From the human T2T-CHM13v2.0 reference genome, Homo sapiens: a stretch of 64,000 nucleotides of DNA. The stretch is from NCBI RefSeq assembly GCF_009914755.1, contig NC_060936.1; one strand, 5' to 3'. A model generated the notes under the pieces. That model saw only the letters and a program-made list of their open reading frames with translations, had not been told where the DNA came from and ran no database searches. Shown one piece after another: positions 1 through 15,522 of this stretch (the first letter of the stretch is position 1; the number at the start of each line of letters is the position of its first letter). The translations under genes were made by a program, and so were the position numbers.

Positions 1-154
1 CTACTCAGGAGGCTGAGGTAAGAGAATCAAATGAACCCAGAAAACGGAGGCTGCAGTGAGCCAAGATTGTGCCATGGCACTCCAGCCTGGGCGACAGAGC
101 GAGAATCCATCTGAAAAAAATAATAAAATTAAATTAAAAATTAAAAAAAATCAT

Positions 155-1225
<1,071 letters not shown>

Positions 1226-1566
1226 AAAAAGTCAGAACAATTTCGGGGGGGGGGGTGTGGATTAGGAAAAAAATAGCCTAAAAAGGCTCCTGGAGCAGGT
1301 AATACTGGAAAAAAGGTTGAGAAACCTTGGGGTGGAGGACAGCACAGATATTGGGCACAGAGCCCTCTGCACAGTAACAGACACAACTAAGAAAATCGTC
1401 CTACAAAAACTGGTAGATTATTAAAGAATTCTAGGATTGAGAGATTATAATAGTTTAGAAATAGGAAAACCATAACTTTCATTCAAAGTATGAATTTCTC
1501 CCAAATTCAATAACTTGAATATGAACATTTCTATAAGAATTCTTTCATTTAAAAAGTAGGTGGAGA

Positions 1567-2172
<606 letters not shown>

Positions 2173-2811
2173 GCTGGAAATTCTAACCATGCAAGGATTC
2201 TATAATGAGACTACCTAGTTCATTCTCCCAAAATTTCTCCTTTCTGTATTCTATGCAACTTCCTTCCCTGCATTTACTAAATGACGTGTAGCTCTTCCCA
2301 CTCCCAAAGACTTGAATCATTGTTCTCATTTTTTTTTTAATTGCACAGCCAAATAGGAAATAGAACTTCCTATGGAAATATTAGCCCACTTTAAACTTAA
2401 TGATAATAATAATAATAATAAACAAAACCATTGAGAGGGGCACCACTGTATAAAAACCCTAAACTCTATGGTGTTAGCCTAGCAGTCAAGTGGCAAGGAA
2501 ACACCTCCTGGGGAGGCCGGAAGGCTGGAGAGCTCTGTTTCGGGGTCAGACTTGGTAGAATTGTTGCTTTCGGTTTGCAAGGTGGAACCACTGGCCCTGC
2601 GGCCAGTCTAGAGAAAGTAGCCAAAAGAGACAAGGAATACAGTGTGTAGATGGCTCTTTGTTGTTTATCACCAGGGAAGACAAGAAAAACAGGAGTGAAG
2701 TAAATATGTGCTGGTTTGAGAACTAAAATGGAAAAGAGACTGAAATCCCAGGTGTCCTGTGTGGAAAAGGCTACTGCTTCTACACACCAACAGGAAAGGA
2801 GAATGAAAATC

Positions 2812-3690
<879 letters not shown>

Positions 3691-5369
3691 AAATTTTCAC
3701 TTAAGCAGTGAGCCTCACCTTTGGTTAATATCAGATGAAGGCAGCCACATTAAGCCACGTTAAGTCAGGGGGAAGAGAGAGCCAAGAGGTGATAAAGCTG
3801 GCTACGATTGCTGGCACCAATAGGTTAATGGCTTGCTAAGCTTTAGAGGGAATCATTGCCAGAGGAATTGCAAGCTTGTTGTACAAATAAGTAAATAAAA
3901 GTCTTGGACAGGCCCCTAAAGCTGCACCCAGCAGGAAGTGGAGTGTGAAAGTTGGCCAGCACCCCGGCAGGATGCACCTGACACCCACTTCTGAGGAGAC
4001 CAGAGAGGATGAGATTTGAGGAAGAACTTCCCAGAGGGCAGGGAGTTCCTCCCGGAGAGCAGAGTCAGGGCTTATGCAAGAAACGTCACCCCCGGCCATG
4101 ACAAAGGCAGGGGTCTTACCAAGGTCCCCCGCGAGTGGGATTTCATCCCTCCTAGAGACCAGCAACTTGTTTCATTCTTTCTTTTTCTCAAATGGGAGTT
4201 CTTATTGCAGCTGCCGTCTCTGCTTCACCTCTTAATGGGAATTGGGGGTGGGGGAACCCGGAGGCGCCACGCTGGGCTGATGGAGGGAACTTGCACGGCC
4301 CAGGGAAACTGGGCTGAGTAGGATGCAGGGACCGCGGAGGGCTCTGGGGGTGAGGCACACACAAGTCTGTGCCCACCAAACCTTTTCTCTTCCTTTCGGG
4401 CCCACAGGAAACCATTTGGCACCTCCTCTGGAACGAAGGTGTGGCCGGCCACTTGAGATCTGGCTGTTGAGGCAGAGGTAGTGCACGTGACCCACGCGGT
4501 GAGGTCTGCTCCCCGCTGCTGCAGCCATCTGCGGTGGAGACCGTGAGTGTACACAGACAGTGCCATCTGAAGGGAACTCCACTGCCTCTATGTGCTACTT
4601 AGGCAGGGGCGACTGAGCCGGAGACTGCAGAAATGTGTCCGTCCCCACGGAGAGCCTGGCTTAGCTGTCCGTGGCTGTCTCCTGCGGTGGAGGAGCACAC
4701 TGGAGTGGCCCGTGCAGTGGACCAGAGCTTCCACCCACACTGTGTTCTGTCTCCTTTCCTAGAACACAACTGGACGTTTCCCACCTCCGTGCAAAATGAG
4801 TGGACATAAGGGGTGCCACTTCCACACCTGGCTCATGGAAGCTCCCAGATGGTCTCAGCCCTCCATGCTCCCCGCTACTTCAGGCGGGATGGAGATGGAC
4901 GGCTCAGGTTGCTCTGATGCCTGCCTGCATAAGGGCTGCCCTGCCAGCCCATTCCCCTGCCCAATATTATGGAAGCAAAAACGTTCTATGGTGTTTGAGC
5001 CATTGTTGCTTTTCGGGTCTATTTATTACAGAACTAGCAGAGCCCTAATACAGTCATTGCTACGTGGCCATAATACATGTATTCTATAATTGCGCCTAAT
5101 TTTATTCACCGGAGGGACGTCCTTTACTTTCAAGATTCTAAATTTTTCAGAAATGCAACATTCAAGGTTAAAGTCGCTGCTAGACCAAGGCTAAACCGTG
5201 GCGAGGTAGTTGCTTGCGCCGCAGAGTGTGGGTGTGAACAGCTGGAGCTCAGTGGTTCCTGGAGACTCAGGGACCACCTGTATTCCACATCCGGCTTCCC
5301 ACCCACGCACACGCAGTATGACCTGGGTTTCCCCTTTATACAGTGGAATGCTAAGTGCCTACACCCTAG

Positions 5370-5515
5370 CCGGGGTCAGCCAACTATGGCCTGTGGGCAC
5401 CATCCCACCTGCAGCCTGTTTTTGAGCTAAGAATGTTGTTGACACTTTTAAAAACAGAGAACATGTGACAGTCTGTACGTGGCCTGCAAAGCCTAAAATC
5501 TTTACTATCTGCGTC
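5370..5515. mobile_element. MER58-like hAT DNA transposon fragment
   Basis: ggggtcagccaactatggcctgtggg...tggcctgcaaagcctaaaatctttactatctg resembles MER58. Confidence 0.6.
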
Positions 5516-6799
5516 TGCTTTATAGGATTGCTGGGAGGATTACAAAGACTTTATTAGGCCAGTGCCCGGCTCAAAGTTAGCATGCCACACAAAATAATAC
5601 GTACAGTACAGCTATTCACGTCTCCAAAAAGCAATTGTCCCACATCCAAATTTGGCATTTTGTCCAGTTGATGTCTCTCCTTCCCTCCAAAAAAAAAAAA
5701 AAAAAAAAGACAAAATAAAAACACGAAGAGCTGCATCTTGATCATCATGCACAGATACTTTTCAGTTAAAAAGTTGCTGGTAGTCTGAGTTCACTTACTT
5801 GGAGTATGGACTAAGGAGGGGAAAGCAAAGAGATGCGACATCAGCAGCAGAAAGCCTGCGACACGGCAGCTCTGCTCAGTTTTCTCCGTGGGGAAAGATC
5901 GGAACACTTACAAATGAGAATGGGACTTTAAGTAGATAGTATGCAATGGAAAACTGAGCCGGCAACAGTACTTAATGCTGGTTTTCTCAATAAAATCATT
6001 TTGCTGTGTAAACGCGCTTATAATGGGGATCTGTTATGAGTCTCAGGCAGGCGACATGAAAGCCGGCCTTTCAAAATCTGATTAGGTGGATAATGTTTGC
6101 AAACATGACGCCTGGCAAAACCGGTCTGATTCTAAGGTAAACTCATTTTGGACATAACTGATGTCTCACTGAGACAGCTTTTCAAAGCATGTCTGCAAAC
6201 ACCGGACCCCCGGGGACGGTGCGTGCGTGTAGGGGAGGGAAATTCCAGGGTTTCATATATCAAGATGACACACCCGCTGCACACTTCTCTTAGAAAGTCA
6301 CGACGCACAGTACTGTGCGTCACAGGTATTGAGAAACACCACCATAGAGTCAATTGACTTTGTTTGACCTATAACCTTTTTTCCTCCCACATAGTAGGTA
6401 GTAACATCACACGGAAACAGTGCTCTGAAGACATTCTGGACACATCGTATACAGCACAGCCATTCAAATCAACGGCAACAGAACGCACGAAGAACCTGGT
6501 TTTCTTTCAAAGCATGAGCAGTTCTCATTTTACAACATGTGTTTTAACATAATTCAGAAAGTGCAATCTTTGCATGACAACCAGATAATTCTCAAAGGTT
6601 ACTAGTGAGCTGATAAAATTAACGTTTGGCAAGGAGGTCATGGTTTACAGGTAGGCTGTCCGCTCACCAATGCTCAGAAAAATTCAGCAGAACATACTTT
6701 TCATATTTAGATCCGAAGAGAGGTGAGAGACATTCTACTCAAGTCATGGCTGGGCTTTCTGTCCTCAAACGAAATTGGGCAGGCCATTTGCGTGGTTTC

Positions 6800-9102
6800 T
6801 CTGGATAAGTTCCATTTATTAATCATTGTACAAAAAAATCTTGGCATTCATTTGAAGAGAAAAGAAGTTGCTATATCCAAATATTTAACATTTTAACATT
6901 GTGAAAGTTCAACGTTTATAACAGGGCTTTTTAAAATGGAGAAAAGTTTTGGAAAATTTTTAAAAAGAAACTTATGATTTATTAGAGTACAGGATCCAAA
7001 ACACGTTTTTAGAAAAATATAAAGTGCCCAAATACCAACTTACACAGGTGATACAGGCTTCCTGGAGCCCCATGAAGCATTCATGAAGAAAGACATTTAA
7101 AAACAGTCTAGATACATATGTACAGCTGGGTCAGTAAAGGTAAAACCATCTTTCTTGACTTTGATGTGTCTAAGAAAAAAGGAAATCAATCAAACCAGAA
7201 AACCAACAATTGCAACTCTCAGCATGCTCAGGTTCTTATTAATGCATCTCATTCATATTAATTAATTCCGTATTATCAAACTTTCCCCTTTAAATGAAAG
7301 TAGTGTACAATCCTCCCAACCTTGGCGGGCCAGGTGCTGTGAGTGGTTACGTTTCCAGATGCAGGTTCAAATCCTTTGACTTTGGATTTGACTGATGAGG
7401 AACATGGACAGTGGATTAAATAGCTCATTCAGGCTGGAGGAGCCAGGGGCCAAATCCCCATCTCTTTCTAGTAACTGCTTAAAGCCTTCCCTTGCTATGA
7501 AGTGGTCTCAGGTGGCTTTCCAAACCTTGGTCACCCCAGGGTTTCCAAAGGGTAAACAAGCAGCAGGCATTCAACATGGGTGAGAATACTGCATGCAGAT
7601 GGACAGACAGGTGCAGAGACAGGCCCCTAACGCCCCATTCACTAGAGCAACTGCATTATTTTAAATGTTGAGAGCAAAGTAACTAGGTCCTAACTTCGGA
7701 AGTTAGCTTCTATCGATTAATGACAAGATTAGCTCGCTTGAGAACTGGCAGGCCGAGAGTTGGTGGAGCTCCAGAGCTGCACAAAGGCGTGCAGTTACTC
7801 TGGGCTCAGTTACTGAGAACTTCGGAAAGGAGCCAGTGCCGTCCGAACACACGGTCAGGCTTTCCCAGAAGACGCCACAACAGGCTTCGTCCTGCTGCCG
7901 TCAGGACCCTGGCGGCTTGGAAAAGCAGATTCCAACACGCACATCTCCTTTCACACAAGTCCAACACTCTTCAAATGAAAGACATTCTCTCTCTTTCTAA
8001 CCTGCCACATTCAAACAGGCCTTGAAGTGACTCTAAGGAATAACAAGAGGTGTGAAACCACTTTTTTTTCCCTTCAAAACCTTTTTTTTTTTTTTTTAAG
8101 GTTCATTAATTTTTTTTTTTCCTGATTACAAAAGCAAAACCTCATTTTTTGGTCTTTGAAGACCATGGAGTATGACTTCTAAGAGCAAACATTAACATCA
8201 GATTTGTATGTCTCACTACAAAAAGAACCCATCACTGATGTAAGACCTACTCATGATACTGAAGTAGATTTTTTAAATTAAAAAATAAAAGTAGTCATTT
8301 AAAATGGAGGAATTGTAGATGAGTATGGAAAAATCCATTCACAAAGTTCACTATTTGCATTTTCTAAAAGAATTTTATGTAATAAAATAGAAAACTAATG
8401 ATTTATAGAGATGTGCATAAACTCAAGAGAGGAATATGGAAGGGAAAACTGTGTTATATTCCCATTTAAATTTAAAAAAAAAAAGATAAAACACTTGAAA
8501 TCTGTGTTTCACATATTAGAAAAAAATAAATTCAAATGATTCTAATTACCATTAGCTTGTTAATGTCTCCATCTCTAAGATGCTGCCAAGATAGCACACA
8601 ACTTTACCTCTGAATATGCAACTAACTTCAGGGTAAAAAGACACACAGTCCTCACTCGGGACCGAACACGTTCCACAGAGAAATCAGAAGGAAATTATTG
8701 CAAATGCATAACCCCATCTGTCCAGCCAAGGAAATGTTCTGAGACAAATGCAGACAGACAGGGGAATGGAGTGAATACAAAGAATGATTACAGGAGCGTC
8801 GACTGTGAGACCTCATGAAGACAGAATGTCACAAACTGTCACCACAGGACAAGCATACAAGCCATGCCACTGACACAGTGCCTTTCAGATTAATTCACTA
8901 GTGTAGGCGGAGAGCAACATTGTCTTTGCAGCTGGGGAAGAGCACACGGTATTTAAACTTAGTAGGAGGCAACCAGCACTACTGGTGGAGTGGCTTTCCT
9001 GGTGCAGCAGGTCCCGAGGGCTCCGTGGAGACGTCTTCTTCCGGAGTCCCGTTCTCTTGGAAGATAGCAGCAGCAGCAAAGGTGCAATGTCCTCTCTAGA
9101 CT
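6800..9102 (-). other. FBXO21: FBXO21 3' UTR (about 2.3 kb, repeat-poor, AU-rich)
   Basis: Runs from the stop codon to just past the AATAAA at 6815-6820. No Alu is visible in it. Confidence 0.75.
6815..6820 (-). terminator. Polyadenylation signal AATAAA with an upstream UGUA (CFIm) element
   Basis: Minus strand reads tttttTGTAcaatgattAATAAAtgg. Confidence 0.7.
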
Positions 9103-9293
9103 TTACTCATCTATGTTCTCTTTCTTTGCACTGTAAATATTCTGCACCGTTTCATAGACAAACTCCAGATCTTCTGGATACCGGATCTCCAGCTCTGCGT
9201 TTGGGATGTAGTGAGTGCCAGTAAACTCTGAGAAATAGCGTCCCACGTCAGGGTGTGAGATTTCTTGAGGCTCCACGTTATATTCCAAGTTTT
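9103..9293 (-). CDS. FBXO21: FBXO21 exon 12, coding part (191 nt): ENLEYNVEPQEISHPDVGRYFSEFTGTHYIPNAELEIRYPEDLEFVYETVQNIYSAKKENIDE*
   Basis: Acceptor ccaacag|AAAACTTG. TAA at 9105-9103. Matches ORF 9103..9288. Confidence 0.96.
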
Positions 9294-9976
9294 CTGTTGG
9301 TAAAGAGGCACACGGGCATTCTCATTACAATGTCCATTGCTGCCACACCTTTCATCCAGAGAACCTCCCATCACCCCTTCCAGGTGGCATTTTTGGGGTG
9401 GAGAAGGGAAGACTGAAGATGTTTATGGAGTCAGGAGAGGGTAATGGGAAAAGGGCAGCAAGTGGCAATCAGGAGAAGGTGGGTGGTGGCACGGGTGTCT
9501 CAAGAGCTCCCCACGGAACAGCAGGATCTTCCTCATCTCTAAGCAGGATGTCTGGCTCCAGCAAAACTCCAAAGGTCTCTTGGGGACTGGCAAACTAGAG
9601 ACTCAACAGGTCTCTCTGACTGGACAATGGGACAACATTATCCCTGCCTGCTCTTTTTTTGGCAGTGGCTAAGTTTCTGAAGCTGCCATGTCACATGGTG
9701 ACAAGTCTCGTACCTGCCACCCCTCTCCTCTATTCACAGGAGCCCCTCATGCAGACCACACTTTCCACCCGAGCTCCTTCCAACACTGGCCCTTAGCTTC
9801 CAACAGAGAGCAGCCTCTTTCCAGGGCTGCTGTGAGACCGTGGGATGAAAGGAAGGTGGCTTGCACCTCCAGACCCCATGTGGATATCAGATGTTATTAT
9901 CTGTACCATCTCTTGGGAAAACCATGCTACCTCTTCTCTCTGTTCTCTATTTTGCCACTAGAGAAATAGAAAATAA

Positions 9977-10630
<654 letters not shown>

Positions 10631-12144
10631 AGATAATACAGGCAAGGTATTTAAAAGGCTTGGTTTCCCACTTCCCCAGAACACCTGGAACAAGGCTCCT
10701 CCACAGGGCCAGTTAAAGGACGGTGCTTTGTGCGCCCTTCTTTGCCGCCCACGGAGGCCTGGCCTAAGACTGGGTGTGGCCCCTGATGCAGGAGAAGCCC
10801 AGCTATGCCCTCCATGACCTGACACCGGAAGGAAGCTGGGCTGGGCAGATCCTCCTATTGTGACTGTGTCCCCAGGGCACCCCAGTTCCGATCACTCTGA
10901 AGCCATCCTTGGCACTGCCCATCACTCGAATGAACGCAAATGGGTCTATGAATTAATACCAGTAAGGCCAACGATGGGCTCACCGACACGAACAGTGTGG
11001 CCTATTATTTCTTAAACAGCTGGGTTAAACATCCTGAAACACAAAGTCAGGGCATCAGAGGCCCTGCATCCCCGAAGTACACAGGATGAACGCAGGCATC
11101 TTTCTGAAGCACTGACTTTAACTGGTAGTCTTTGGGGAGAGGGGGAAGGAGTTGTAGGACTCAATCTGCAGGGTTCTTTTTAAACCATAAAACAGGAGGA
11201 GCTGAAGAAATGTGAGAATATGTTGTTTTAGGCTGTTTCGGCAGACTGTGACCAGGGACAGAACTGCCTGAACAAATCAGTACCGCTGAGGAAGTCACAG
11301 ACACGTCATGTGCAGAGATAAATGTATGGAGGCTGTTTACCTTAACAGTACTTATGCTAGGAAAACTGGAAGAGCAGTGTAAACGTCCAAGTGTAGGTCA
11401 CTGTGTGAATAAATGATGGCACATTAATTCAGCAAAGCAGGAAGCGGCCATGAAAATGAGCAACCTGTTTGTAAGATCCTCCAAGAAAGGTGGGGGTAGA
11501 AAGGTTGTACCACTTAGAAAGGGCCTGGAAGGCCATGGATCAGGGGTTGCTCCATGACGTGGCACAGTGGCACAGAGTTTAAACTGGGCACTTACAACGT
11601 GCCAGACCCCACAGCGGTGTCACAGGCACCCCTGCCACGTAACCCTGGAAGGAGCCCCCTTCTGTTGTTGCGTGGGCTGCCCAAGGATTTAACCCCGGAC
11701 TCAAACCAGACAGTCCCATTCCAGGGCTGAAGGGAACCAGAAGTAAGAAAAATCCAACAGTCAGGAGACAGCAGGCGGGGAGGGGCTGGGTAGACTCAGA
11801 GAACACCGCTGCCCCCAAAGGGACGCTCCAGCCCACATTAACACACAGGAGCCTATGGTTTCAGGACCTCCCACTTTTCCCCGAAGCAAACTGAGTCATC
11901 CACTAACTCTGATCTCTCTACTGTTGTCAGGTCTCTAGAGATGATTTTCTCTTGGGAAAAATCAATAAATGTTAAAAAACAAAATGCTGCAAATGTTTCA
12001 AAATGCCACTGGCTAAGATGCCCTTTCCTGTCCACCCACTGCCGCCACCTCCCTCTTCACATCCAGTAACAGGAGGAACCAACTAGCAAAGCATATTTTC
12101 CTGGAGGAGGCTTACGGGGACATGACCACAACCTGGTATCTTAA

Positions 12145-12354
<210 letters not shown>

Positions 12355-12506
12355 TAAAGAAGCTGGGAATACCATCGAGACAAAAATCCCCTTTGCTCTA
12401 AGGGAACCACTGTTACCTGTCATTGGTAAACAGGACATAGGTATCTGAAGTACACAGAATTCAAGCAGGTAGTTTAGAATAACTGCTTTGTTGCCAGTTC
12501 GTCTGG

Positions 12507-12712
12507 AGCAGTTCTCATCTGGGGGCTCTTTTGCTACTAAAGGGACATCTGGTAAGGCCTGCAGACATGTTTGGTTGTAACTGAGAGCTGCTGCCAGCTT
12601 GCAGTGGGCGGAGGCCAGGGGTGCTGCTAAGTACCCTACAACGCACAGGACGGCCCCCCACAAACGGTTATCTTGACCAACATGTGACTAGTGCTGGGCT
12701 GACAAGCCCTGC
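12507..12712. mobile_element. MER20 DNA transposon
   Basis: cagttctcatctggggg...gggacatctgg...gaggccaggggtgctgctaagtaccctacaacgcacaggacggcccccca is characteristic of MER20. Confidence 0.75.
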
Positions 12713-13880
12713 TCCAGAGACCCAGCCCTGTGTTTCAGCATTGTTCCCTTCTCCTCCACTTTTTCCTTTCTATGTATTATCGAGGGACAGCCTGGTGTTG
12801 GTAACATTCGGCTTCTGTTGGGAGGAGGAAAGAAGCGGAAACTCAGGTTATCAAACACAGATGTGCCAGGGCAACAGGACCCAACAGCTACTACACAGAA
12901 TTCTGAACATGGGCCCAAAACAAGATGCATGAGAAGTCCAGGCAGGAACGGTGGGAAACCAGGCAAGAAGTAAATGACAGTCCTCGAGGGTGCTCCCAGC
13001 CCCACTCCTGGCTGTTAGAGAGGAGCAAGGACTGGATTTGGTGCATTTACTGGCCTGAGCTCCTAGCTTGCTAAGAAGCAGAACAGGAAAAAATTAACAA
13101 CATAATGAAGTTGGCAACTATGTATTATGAAAGAAAAATAAATGCCAATCCACTAAGAAGATTTTCCCAAAGTTTACTTGTAAGAAAAATGATAAATCTA
13201 AGTAACACAAAACTTAATTGAGTAAAACATGAACCAGGCACCACTTAAAAGTTCTGAAAAATCCTGAGAAATCTTCCTGGATTCTCTTCAAGTTTTCAGA
13301 GAAATCTGTCTGCTTATTTTAACGTTCAGCTACCCCAAAATATATGAATAAATACTATGGAAACACTACCCATGAGTCCTGTGTGGGCACCTGTCCTGTC
13401 CTGATCCGGTCTTCCTCTCCAAGAGAAAAGCACCATCGGTGCCAGTGTGTCGCTGCAGTCCTCCTATGAGCACACACATAGGCAGCTAGATACCCTAAGT
13501 ATACTTAAAATTTAGTACTGCTTTATGTGTGTGTACTTAAACAAAACGTATTCTAACCACTCACCCGCAACTGGCTTATTCAATTGCAGCTTAGTATTCA
13601 TTCCAGTCTGCATAGACCCCAGGCTACTAGAAGACTCCTTTGAATGACAATTGTCTTGCTATTTTAACAAAGGGGCCAAAGACCTCCTTGTACACGTGTG
13701 GAGGGATCGAGGTGGAACTGCTAGGCTGGAAGAGAATGTGTGCTTGAGATTTTTACAATTTGAAAGCGAAAGCCAAAGCATCCTCTGACATGTTTGTGCC
13801 ACTTAACACTCAACCCCGCCCCCATGCAGGGGATCCCCATTCACCTCACCACACTTGCCAGCAGGTACAGCTGGCCATGG

Positions 13881-13882
<2 letters not shown>

Positions 13883-13928
<46 letters not shown>

Positions 13929-13977
13929 AGGCGGGAGGACTGTATGGGTGGAAAGTTGAGTTTGGAAGTATCAAATA

Positions 13978-14023
<46 letters not shown>

Positions 14024-14077
14024 GGGCGGGGAGGACTGTATGGGTGGAAAGTTGAGTTTGGAAGCATCAAATAAGTT
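13883..14077. repeat. Tandem duplication of a unit made of (TG)~21-22 plus about 55 bp of unique sequence
   Basis: Two copies of (TG)n-c(a/g)ggcggg(g)aggactgtatgggtggaaagttgagtttggaag(t/c)atcaaataagtt. Confidence 0.95.
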
Positions 14078-14300
14078 ATGGAAAAGGGAACCAACGTTTG
14101 TCGAGGACATGCCATGTGCCAAGCATTGTACAGGTGCTTTACCATTACAGACAAAACTTAAGAACGAGATTTTCACATGGTAGTTGAATTCCTGGCCTTT
14201 CAATACGGCGGCTGACCTAGACTCGGAGCTTCCGAGAAGTCCAGAAGGAGGCGGGACAGGAGCGGCACTCTCCCACCCAGGGCCATGAAAGTATCAAAGC

Positions 14301-14314
14301 GCGCCCCCTTGTGG
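14301..14314 (-). promoter_or_regulatory. Candidate CTCF site in intron 11
   Basis: Minus strand CCACAAGGGGGCGC is a 13/14 match to CCASYAGRKGGCRS. Confidence 0.5.
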
Positions 14315-15203
14315 GAACACAACATTACACACATGCAAGATGCCGGACATCCCATTAGGTTTAGGTGAGAGAGTACACACCGGGGAAAGAATTCTCTTCA
14401 TTGTACAAACTAAAACTATTTGAAGATGTCATATATGTATGTGATTTCTAATTCACTCTTCAACTCTCTGTGCAGAGCTAGTAATTAGAAAAGCATTATG
14501 AATGGGTTCTACCTGGGCTAATAGGATCATTGGAGCCAAAGGCTGGAAATTTAGATCAAGAAAAGTGTTTAAAAAATACATTTCATAAAAACACATTAAC
14601 CCAGAAATGTTCAAAAAATATTTAATATGTGTTTTTAAAATTTGGCCTCTCACTGGCTAAAAATGGGCAAATGTGAGCATAAAATTGTCCCACGTGATTA
14701 TAACACATTGAATAAATAAAAATCCAGGAATCTATGGCAGAGACAAGGGTAGGGGAGGAGAGAGGGAGGGGGAAGGGAGAGGCAGGGAGGAAGAAGGCGG
14801 CTCTTGTTCATTGAAGTAGAGAGAATAACAGTGGTGGAAAAATCACCACTCGGCAATTCTCATACAAAGATTTAGGCAAGGATATTCAAAAAAGTGCTAA
14901 AACCATGATGTTCAAGGTCACTGGGGAACAGGATCTTTACAGGATGCTACAGAGTGACCACGTGGATTTCTTAATTGAAATAGTGAGTCACTATCTTAGC
15001 CAAGTGACCAAACTCAGTATCACTCACAGGGGGCCCCTGATGAGACCCAGTGGGAAGCACGGGGCGAGGGATGTGAAGTATCCTCCCCAAGAATTCTTAT
15101 CCCGATCTAATCAGGACTCAGACTTCACTCCCAGCTGGCAGACATCATACAGTTAAGGAACCAATGAGGCAAATCCAAAATGTTATACAATTTACAAGAC
15201 AAT

Positions 15204-15522
<319 letters not shown>

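Noticed and set aside
4520-4575. Two weaker CTCF-like motifs (ACCGCAGATGGC and CCTTCAGATGGCAC, minus strand)
   Set aside because: Each has two or more mismatches in the core and cannot be supported without ChIP data.
13760-14203. ORFs with CVCVCV or HTHTHT repeats, and a repeat-spacer look resembling CRISPR
   Set aside because: They are (TG)n translations. There are only two units with near-identical spacers, no cas genes, and a mammalian intron context.
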